IMG/VR virus record: IMGVR_UViG_3300009506_000025
Span: 1 to 64,000 of that record
DNA from: a virus
Reading direction: 5' to 3' (one strand)
Length of the DNA: 64,000 nt
Each line of letters starts with the position of its first letter. The stretch's first letter is position 1. Position numbers and translations under genes: made by a program. Of this stretch, positions 57,392 through 64,000 are shown one piece after another. The notes below the pieces were generated by a model, which did not search any database, was not told where the DNA came from, and saw only the letters and a list, made by a program, of their open reading frames with translations.

Positions 57392-57931
57392 CTATTGGGT
57401 GTTGGTGGTGATATTGACGCCAACGTGGGTCAGCGCCTTCAGGCAGGGGGCAAGCGGGCCGTCCTCTCCGTCCCAGATGCCTTGGTGAAACTGCGCGGCC
57501 TCCGATAGCTTCGCGGCCAGGTACTCGTCACAGAGCATCGCCCTTGCCGCGAGGTCGGAAACGTCCTCAAACCGGTGTTGGGCATAGGAGTACAGCACCA
57601 CATGCTCGGGGGTTTGGAAGGCTTCGGTGTAATGCTCCTCGGCTACCTTCTGGAGTTCCTCTCGGGGGATGTCATCAAGCCAGTTTCCAGGATCAGCATA
57701 GTCCCCCGCCACCACAATCCGGTCGCCCGCCCAGCTCCCCACGATCTCGTGGTCCTCCGCATTGTCGAGATCTCCCCCACCGCGCCCATTGCCGTCGGAG
57801 AGCAGCACAGCAAGGGCGCACATCGTATTGCCACCGTACCCGAACTCCAGGAGCTTCAGCCCATCGCCGAAGCGGTGGGGGTGGATGTACTGCCGCTTGT
57901 CCAGGTTCACGATCATGTAATACTGACCCAT
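57392..57931 (-). CDS. Conserved phage protein (MGQYY type)
   Basis: MGQYY..VNLDK, GLKL.E, GSWAGDRI...GDY; GGAGG SD. Confidence 0.8.
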   Translation of the reverse strand: MGQYYMIVNLDKRQYIHPHRFGDGLKLLEFGYGGNTMCALAVLLSDGNGRGGGDLDNAEDHEIVGSWAGDRIVVAGDYADPGNWLDDIPREELQKVAEEHYTEAFQTPEHVVLYSYAQHRFEDVSDLAARAMLCDEYLAAKLSEAAQFHQGIWDGEDGPLAPCLKALTHVGVNITTNTQ

Positions 57932-57979
57932 CGCTTTTCCTCCCTTGTTGGTGGTGTGGTTGCGGCGTCCTGGACGACC

Positions 57980-58552
57980 CTACCAGGACGAGTGATACTC
58001 AAACTCCCAATCAGCCAGACGAGGATCACCGAGCACGGCCTCCAGCATCTTCACGGTGTTCCGCAGATCCTCCAGGTAGTATTCGTCGTAATCCGTGCCG
58101 CCGAAGAAGAACCCCTCCTGCGTGGGCAGCAGCTCGGCCGCAAGTCCCTCCTGGGCCACCACTTCCCCTCGCTTGGTTTCCTGAACCACCCGGCCGTCTG
58201 GGTAATAAGCAGTCCCGGTGCGAACCTCGCCCTCTATCGTCTCGACCGTACCGAGGACCTGCTTACACAGCGCCACCAGTCCTACAAGTTGCTCGCGGGA
58301 GACGTAATACTCGCCGCAATCGTCGTTGCCGCCCTGGCAGTTCTCGACGAACCACCTGTGAATCTGGTTTGCCTTCCGCCAGTACGCCACGGTGACTGAA
58401 ACCTCCAGGCTCGGAGTGTGGCAGTCCCGGGAAAGGGAGTCGCCCATCCCCACTGCGGCAAGCACGCCCTGAAATGCAGCAGACTCCTGTCCTTTCTGGT
58501 ACTGATAATCAGAGAGGTGGAGCTTGGCACGCAGATACATATCCAAACCCAT
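57980..58552 (-). CDS. Conserved phage protein (MGLDMYL type)
   Basis: MGLDMYL, YWRKANQIH.WFV, LLPT..GFFFG.T.YDEYY, Y.SSW. Confidence 0.85.
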   Translation of the reverse strand: MGLDMYLRAKLHLSDYQYQKGQESAAFQGVLAAVGMGDSLSRDCHTPSLEVSVTVAYWRKANQIHRWFVENCQGGNDDCGEYYVSREQLVGLVALCKQVLGTVETIEGEVRTGTAYYPDGRVVQETKRGEVVAQEGLAAELLPTQEGFFFGGTDYDEYYLEDLRNTVKMLEAVLGDPRLADWEFEYHSSW

Positions 58553-58592
58553 GATTGGGTTCCTTTCACTTGTTGGCGGTGTGAAAAATTGG

Positions 58593-58787
58593 TCAGTTCT
58601 CGACTTGCTGGTGCAGGCCCCGGTAATGGTTTGTCTGAACTCGCGGCTCTCCGTTTTTGAGCACACCGTAAACCCTGAAGTGGGGCCACTTAATATGGAG
58701 GATCTCGGCTTCTCGGAGAGAATTACCAAACGCTACGATAACGGTATCTCCCACTTCTAGCCGTCTCGCTTGCTTTGCGTTCATCAC
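58593..58787 (-). CDS. Small SH3-like beta protein
   Basis: L.VGD.V.V; ATGA overlap. Confidence 0.6.
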   Translation of the reverse strand: MMNAKQARRLEVGDTVIVAFGNSLREAEILHIKWPHFRVYGVLKNGEPRVQTNHYRGLHQQVEN

Positions 58788-59590
58788 ATCCCCACAGTCT
58801 GAAGGGTGGCGATAGTGGCCGCCTGCTCAATCGTGTCGATCACCTGATGCAAGTTACTCAGGCTCTCCTCCAGGACCTCCTCGTACTCCTTCACCCTGCG
58901 GTGCATGGCCATCGCCGCGTCTTTGCGGTTTTCCAGGGCCTTCTCACCGAGCTGCTTCCCCACAATGTCCTCGGTGAGCTGGGCAGCAGCCGCCACGATC
59001 TCCGCTTGCAGGGCGTCGCGGACCTCCCTGGCGGTGTGGCTGTCCATCACGGTGGTCATCTGCCGGATGCGGTTGCCCTCGGCCAGCTTCTCCATGTCCT
59101 CGGAGAGCCACTGCCAGTGACCCAGCTTGTCCTGCGGCATCCAGAACGTCCCCGGATAGACGACCACCGCCCCGAGCTTCAGGGCGATGGACTTCAGGGA
59201 CTCGCTCACCGCATGGGGAGCTAAGAGCCCCTTGCAGTAGATGAACTTCTCCTGCAACTTCCCGGTGTCGCAGTAGCCGTAGCCCGTGGAGATCACCCCA
59301 TCGTGGACCCACGCGCTGAAGTTGTTGACGTAGTGATTGCGGGAGGTGTCCCGCTCCACGTTGACCACCTCGTATCCGTTCACTGAGGGGCTCTTGAGGG
59401 CTTGGACGATCTGGTCCTTGCCCTTGAGGTCTTCCAGGGCCGCCTTCAGGGCAGCCCGATCACCGGTCTCCGCCGGCAGGTGGTCCTCATAATCGTGAAC
59501 CCGGTACACCTCGGCCAGGGCATCACGATTGGTAGGGACCAGGGACCAGGAAACCGTGGCCCCACTCACGCGAACTTGCGAAGTCAACAT
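58784..59590 (-). CDS. DUF6744/DUF3150-like protein
   Basis: G..V.WSL.......L start, G.FW.P, long C-terminal coiled coil; AAGGAG SD; family call from memory. Confidence 0.55.
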   Translation of the reverse strand: MLTSQVRVSGATVSWSLVPTNRDALAEVYRVHDYEDHLPAETGDRAALKAALEDLKGKDQIVQALKSPSVNGYEVVNVERDTSRNHYVNNFSAWVHDGVISTGYGYCDTGKLQEKFIYCKGLLAPHAVSESLKSIALKLGAVVVYPGTFWMPQDKLGHWQWLSEDMEKLAEGNRIRQMTTVMDSHTAREVRDALQAEIVAAAAQLTEDIVGKQLGEKALENRKDAAMAMHRRVKEYEEVLEESLSNLHQVIDTIEQAATIATLQTVGM

Positions 59591-59635
59591 GATCTAACTC
59601 CTTGGGTCTGAAGGAAACAGGAAAACGGTGGATAG

Positions 59636-59926
59636 TTACAGCAGCCAATCAAGGCTGCCAGGTATCCCGTGCTGCACGTCCATGACGAAGCGATCCTCGG
59701 GCGAAGGCGTAACCCTATCACAGTGCAGGCACCACAGGTGAGCTATGCTCCAGCAAAGCCCGTTGGCGGGCCATGTGCCGTGCTCGTACACCAGCCAGTG
59801 GGGGCCGGTCGTGCCGCAGTGGGCGCAGGTAAGCTCGACTTGCTTGGCTTCGCTGAATGCGTCTTTCCGCGCACTGAATGAGGGAATACCTCTTTGCATG
59901 TAAACCGATTTGCGATCCATGCTCAT
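59636..59926 (-). CDS. Zn-ribbon hypothetical protein
   Basis: C.HCG...H...C..C; AAGGTG SD. Confidence 0.6.
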   Translation of the reverse strand: MSMDRKSVYMQRGIPSFSARKDAFSEAKQVELTCAHCGTTGPHWLVYEHGTWPANGLCWSIAHLWCLHCDRVTPSPEDRFVMDVQHGIPGSLDWLL

Positions 59927-59999
59927 AGCAGCACCTTTTTCGGAGGGAACGTCCGCCACCACTCCGCCGTGCTGCCCCACGGCGGGTAGGGGGAGGACG

Positions 60000-60788
60000 T
60001 CAGTCCAGATCACACTTGGGCAGCAGGGAGTCCTTGTCGTAGCTGGCATCCCGAGGCATGATCGCCCCGAAGATCGCCGTCCCATCCCGGGCAATCGTGG
60101 TCACGGTGACCATGTTGTGCCGCGCCCGGGCAGCTAGCGGCTTGAAGTTCTTCGGCCCGCCCCCGTCGGTCAGAACCTCCGACATCTTCGCAGCTATGCC
60201 GGTAAGCTCCTCCCCGGGCTCCAGCCGCAGCGTGATCACGATCTTCCCATCCTCGTCACTCTTGGGGTCGAGCTGCGCCGCCATCCCGTCCAGCAGCCGC
60301 TTGAGGTTCCAGATGTCGAGCTGAACGCTCACGCTATTGTGCTCGTTGATCGGTGAGCTGGGCTTTACGGCGGAAAGATCGGGAAACTTCCCCTCCAGCG
60401 GCCGGATCTCCACCCTGTTGACGTGCTCCAGATCGGTGCTGAGCGCCTGCACTCGACCGTTGGCGTTCTGCTCGTCCAGGGCGACGTTGTGCAGGATCGC
60501 CTTGGGGGACTTCCTGAGCTTGGTGCGGAGCTTGAACAGCTCCTTGCACTGATCGGCAGGGATCATCGCAGAGAAGTCATCCCGAGGCACTGCGGAGAAG
60601 CCCTCGGGGGAAGGGAATTCCATGAAGTCGGGCTCCTCCCAGGTGCTTACCAGGAGGATTCTCGCATCCGTGGCAGCGGCCCGCGCCTTGCCCTTGTGGC
60701 GGTCCAGCCGGACGCCACCGAGGCAGTATCGTGTACCGTCGGGACCGCCGCAGACGTGCATACCGAAACGCTTGGGATTGACCAGCAT
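60000..60788 (-). CDS. DNA polymerase III beta (sliding clamp)-like protein, partial domain set
   Basis: TRY.L.GV, AATD...L, G.FPD...V.P, PL, G.IMP; AAGGAG SD. Confidence 0.75.
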   Translation of the reverse strand: MLVNPKRFGMHVCGGPDGTRYCLGGVRLDRHKGKARAAATDARILLVSTWEEPDFMEFPSPEGFSAVPRDDFSAMIPADQCKELFKLRTKLRKSPKAILHNVALDEQNANGRVQALSTDLEHVNRVEIRPLEGKFPDLSAVKPSSPINEHNSVSVQLDIWNLKRLLDGMAAQLDPKSDEDGKIVITLRLEPGEELTGIAAKMSEVLTDGGGPKNFKPLAARARHNMVTVTTIARDGTAIFGAIMPRDASYDKDSLLPKCDLD

Positions 60789-60806
60789 ACATGGCTCCTT
60801 TTTCAC

Positions 60807-60866
60807 TGTAGCTCCGGGGCTAAAAGACCGCGGGGACCTCCGCGGAGCTACACGACGGAGGTCCCC
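60807..60866 (-). ncRNA. H-type pseudoknot in the leader of the clamp-like gene
   Basis: Perfect 11-bp (60866-56/60842-32) and 10-bp (60852-43/60816-07) interleaved stems. Confidence 0.7.
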
Positions 60867-60942
60867 TTCACCGAGTCCCCACTCGGCTAGCGGTCAATCG
60901 TTAATGCGATCCTAAGCGTACCCACATGACTTGGCTCCTTGG

Positions 60943-61200
60943 CTAGGGAAACATCTTGTCCAGGAGGCACCGGAATGCCTCCTTCTTCAGGTCCTCATAG
61001 TACCCACCTCCCTTGAAATCTTCCTCGGACTTGTAAAGACAGCACCCGAGGTAAGCTGAGCCCTCAAGGCACCCCCAGCGCGCCGTCACAATCACGTAGC
61101 ACCAGTTGCCCCGAGGAGGCGGAGGGGCACCGACGGGCTTTTTCCCCACTGCACGCTCTGCCTCCACGGTGAACTCCACTCCCTCGGGGATAGCACACAT
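60943..61200 (-). CDS. Small phage protein
   Basis: WC.V.VTA.W...EG..YLG.C.Y.SE.DF..GGYY.D...EA; GGAG SD. Confidence 0.75.
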   Translation of the reverse strand: MCAIPEGVEFTVEAERAVGKKPVGAPPPPRGNWCYVIVTARWGCLEGSAYLGCCLYKSEEDFKGGGYYEDLKKEAFRCLLDKMFP

Positions 61201-61202
61201 AG

Positions 61203-61412
61203 TCAGCTCCCCTCCCGCTCACAGGCCAGCAGCTTCACCAGCTCCTCCTGCACCGCCATCGCAGCCTTCCCCGCGACGGCCCCACAATCAAGCCCGTCAA
61301 ACTCCACGGCGAACACCACCTCCATGTACTGGAAGACGTGGTCCCACACGTCCTTGTAAGCGAGGTTGATCCGGTTCGCGTCACGCAGAGCCAACTTGTT
61401 CAGCATGTCCAT
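61203..61412 (-). CDS. Small helical protein
   Basis: AGGAG SD before MDMLNKL. Confidence 0.7.
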   Translation of the reverse strand: MDMLNKLALRDANRINLAYKDVWDHVFQYMEVVFAVEFDGLDCGAVAGKAAMAVQEELVKLLACEREGS

Positions 61413-61509
61413 GATAAGCTCCTGAAAGAATGAGGGAAACAGTAATTGCGATGCTCTGAGGTTCTCGAAAAGGCCATGCTCTGAGGTTCTGAGAGCGGGC
61501 CGCCGCCGG

Positions 61510-61565
61510 GCAGTGGGGGAAAAAGCCCACCGGCGCCCCGAGGAGGCAGAGGGGCGCCGGTGGGC
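61510..61565. repeat. 15-bp-stem palindrome with a partial second copy at 61108-61152
   Basis: GCCCACCGGCGCCCC-N11-GGGGCGCCGGTGGGC. Confidence 0.8.
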
Positions 61566-61576
61566 CGGAGGGGGCA

Positions 61577-61762
61577 CTAGGCGTCCGGTAACCAGCGCTT
61601 GGCAACCACATGGGTTTCCCCACGTAGGCTAGGGTGGCGCCCCCTAAACTCTCGGCACGCGACCTCTTGTGAGGGGGCATAACAGGTATCTGCTACGTGC
61701 ACGTGGCCGGTCTTGGCCACGACTTGTAGCAGGAACAGCAGGGGGGGGCGTTTGCGTTTCAT
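61577..61762 (-). CDS. Small basic protein
   Basis: GGAG SD; flanked by hairpins. Confidence 0.6.
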   Translation of the reverse strand: MKRKRPPLLFLLQVVAKTGHVHVADTCYAPSQEVACREFRGRHPSLRGETHVVAKRWLPDA

Positions 61763-61850
61763 GGTAGCTCCGCGGTTTGGGGGAACGGGAACGGGTTACA
61801 TCCTCCGCCCGGTGCCCACACCACCGGGCGGGAGTCTAACCCGTCACCCG

Positions 61851-62426
61851 TCACGCTACGGAGGGTTCGGGCTGCGGGATTTGGTCAGCGACCCAATCGG
61901 CCAGGTCAGCCACCGTCGCACGCGCCGCGCTCAGATCGGCAGGGGTGAGTTTGTCCGCGTGTTTTGCGGCCGCCAACAGGCACCCGACTACCGCTTCGCC
62001 GATTGCGCTGTCAAGCGTATCGGGATTCGCAGCCTTGAACGCCTCCCCCCTCTTTCCGCTGGCCACCACGTCGTCCATCGCCCCGCTGCGCGTACGGTCT
62101 GTCACGAAAGCAAGGCCCGTATCGGCGTTGGCCAGCGTGGCCAGATATTCGCGCGGCTTGTAGTTCTTGGCGCCGACCATTGCGCTGCCGCGCACCACAA
62201 GGCCGCGCTTTGTCCCAATGGCGTATTCCACCGGGGGGCGCGACGCGGCGGGTTTGGCGGCCGCGCTTTCCTTGCGCTGTCTCTCCTCGAGCGCAGACTG
62301 AGTGCGCTCATACGCGATACGCTTGGCGAGATACTCCGCCAGCTGGCCGTCGGTGATCTCGTGCTTGGCGTGCTTGGCCAGCACGACAGCTGTGGGGGTG
62401 GTGACGTTAATGGGCTCGTGTGACAT
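61851..62426 (-). CDS. Ala-rich hypothetical protein, first gene of the leftward operon
   Basis: GGAG SD before MSHEPINV. Confidence 0.7.
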   Translation of the reverse strand: MSHEPINVTTPTAVVLAKHAKHEITDGQLAEYLAKRIAYERTQSALEERQRKESAAAKPAASRPPVEYAIGTKRGLVVRGSAMVGAKNYKPREYLATLANADTGLAFVTDRTRSGAMDDVVASGKRGEAFKAANPDTLDSAIGEAVVGCLLAAAKHADKLTPADLSAARATVADLADWVADQIPQPEPSVA

Positions 62427-62960
62427 AACTATGGCTCCGTTTTCGGGGAATGACGGTCGATCGGTCCCGATTGTCGGGTCGATTCCGCCACCCAACGGTC
62501 GATTTGTGGCATTTTGCCCCGTTTTGATCAAAATTTTTTTTCGTGCCCCCCGAAGACGAATCAATCGCAAATCGTTCGACAATCGCGAGTTACGTCGGCA
62601 GAAAAAAAGTCGAGAATTCCAATCGGGGGTTCTGTCAAAATACGATACTCGCCACCCAATCGAACGAGACCCAATTTACCCCATTTGCGTAGCTTGACCG
62701 AAAATGAGGCGATGCCTAGAATTGCAGCATACCCCCCGATAGCGAATCGAATCGAAAGCCAGCCGAGCCAATGGCTTGCGTCGAAAATCAGCCGATTGCC
62801 CACAAAACGGGCGGATGCGCAACAATTAGGCACCCGCCCGGGACCGGAGTTCTCGGACAGTGCGCACGACCACAGGGAACGGGAGGTGGTTCATCCCGGT
62901 GGTGACGCCCTTAGCCCGGCGCAGCCGGGCAAAGTCTCTAGGCTAGGGCAGGGGACTAGG

Positions 62961-62996
<36 letters not shown>

Positions 62997-63350
62997 GACG
63001 GCAGCGCTTGGCTCCCACCCAAGGAACGTACCGAAGGCCCGTGGAACGTAGCTAGCTCGGCTCTCAGAACCCCCCCAAAAGGCCCCCCCTTCCAATTCCC
63101 TGCAATCACTTGGACCTGCCGGCCGCATGATTCCGGCCGAAACGTGGCTTTGTTGGGGTCCGGGAGCTTTCCCATGCCCCGGTCCCCCCCGGCAGCCGCC
63201 CTCCTTCATCAAGTACCATCCTCCCCATCCCTCTTAATCGCGTAGTATGCTTTCTGAGGGCGTTTTGTCTTGGGGTGCCAAGAGGTACGGGTTTGGGGCG
63301 GAACGCGATTCTGGGGCGTTCTAGGTGGCTTCTCGGGGCCATTGGGGTTT

Positions 63351-63388
63351 AGTGACGCGATTCGTCACTTAGTGACGATTGTCGTCAC
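63351..63388. promoter_or_regulatory. Tandem palindromic operators GTGACG-N5-CGTCAC
   Basis: 63352-68 and 63372-88; the junction is also palindromic. Confidence 0.65.
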
Positions 63389-63447
63389 AGGAGCTTTATG
63401 GAGTCTTGATGGGGTACAAATGGGGGCAAGTGAGGTCCTTGTCCCCG

Positions 63448-63550
63448 GTTTCGGTCCGTTTCGGTCAGTTTCGGTCAGCTCACCGCAAGGTTGCCACTCT
63501 ATGTCATCTTGTGCCATTTCGTGTCATCTTGTGCCGTCTTGTGTCGGTTC
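63448..63550. repeat. Helically phased 10-bp repeats (iteron-like)
   Basis: GTTTCGGTC x3 at 10-bp period; RTGYCRTYTY-like x5 at 63501-63550. Confidence 0.75.
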
Positions 63551-63556
63551 GAGATC

Positions 63557-63586
63557 TTGACAGAATCGTCAGCCATAGAGTAAGAT
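63557..63586 (+). promoter_or_regulatory. Sigma70 promoter for a leaderless HTH transcript
   Basis: TTGACA-N18-TAAGAT, 8 nt upstream of ATG 63595. Confidence 0.7.
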
Positions 63587-63594
63587 TGTGTGGC

Positions 63595-63879
63595 ATGAGC
63601 AGATCTGGTGCTACCATGGCGGTTGACGAGGCAGGTTTGGGAAGTGGGGCAATCCGGGAGGCCCGGACGCGGACGTTTCGGGTGAGGGTCCGGGAGGAGC
63701 TTGAGCATGGGGCGATGAACCAGAAGAAGTTGGCGGAGGCGACGGGGTTGTCGGCGGGATGGTTGTCGTCGATGCTCAACGGACATGCTCATCCTAGTCT
63801 GGCGACGTGCTATCGGATTGCTGACGCGTTGGGGGTGCCGCTGATCTATCTGTTGGACGAGGCAGACTCGGAGAGATAG
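63595..63879 (+). CDS. XRE/Cro-CI family HTH regulator
   Basis: MNQKKLAEATGLS...LS...NG...PSL....IADALGV....LL. Confidence 0.92.
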   Translation: MSRSGATMAVDEAGLGSGAIREARTRTFRVRVREELEHGAMNQKKLAEATGLSAGWLSSMLNGHAHPSLATCYRIADALGVPLIYLLDEADSER

Positions 63880-64000
63880 CCATGGGATGGTGGATCACTT
63901 GGGAAGGCCGCCCGAAGCTATTCATCTCACGGGAGGTGGCGGAGAAGTTCGCCATGGCCAGGGATTCGGGGATGATACGGTTGCCTGAGCCCGACCTGTC

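Larger units (their letters stand above)
56559..57394 (-). promoter_or_regulatory. Four copies of start-associated motif TAGCGAAAGGGAA
   Basis: 56559-78 = 56791-810 (20/20) and 57154-74 = 57374-94 (21/21); each core lies a few nt before an ATG. Confidence 0.8.

Noticed and set aside
62600-62640. Leftward TTGACA as the early promoter
   Set aside because: No acceptable -10 hexamer at 16-18 nt spacing.

Overview
This window is most of a GC-rich tailed dsDNA phage or prophage genome (Caudoviricetes-type). No host housekeeping genes, rRNA, tRNA or CRISPR were seen. The + strand (1-49.9 kb) runs in this order: (1) a papain-like protease and small ORFs, including an Rmf-like gene; (2) a receptor/surface module with a signal-peptide beta-helix protein, a FeeM-like acyltransferase, a LamG protein and a ~980-aa mucin-like Pro/Ser/Thr protein; (3) a ~17-kb glycosylation island with ~11 glycosyltransferases (polypeptide-GalNAc-transferase-like, GT17-, GT25-, GT34- and GT11-like among them), 6 methyltransferases, a sulfotransferase and a GDP-mannose 3,5-epimerase; (4) an AP2-domain regulator, scaffold, major capsid, terminase, portal, neck/tail and ejection-like proteins. 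The - strand (49.8-62.4 kb) is an early-type operon with a serine recombinase, a MoxR ATPase/vWA-peptidase pair, a sliding-clamp-like protein and many small ORFs separated by GC-rich hairpins and shared leader motifs. A ~1.2-kb divergent control region and an XRE HTH gene end the window. The two most interesting candidates are a phage-encoded mucin-type O-glycosylation system (substrate plus enzymes) and two unrelated H-type pseudoknots of near-identical geometry upstream of the capsid and clamp genes. All family calls come from motifs read by eye; no database search was run.
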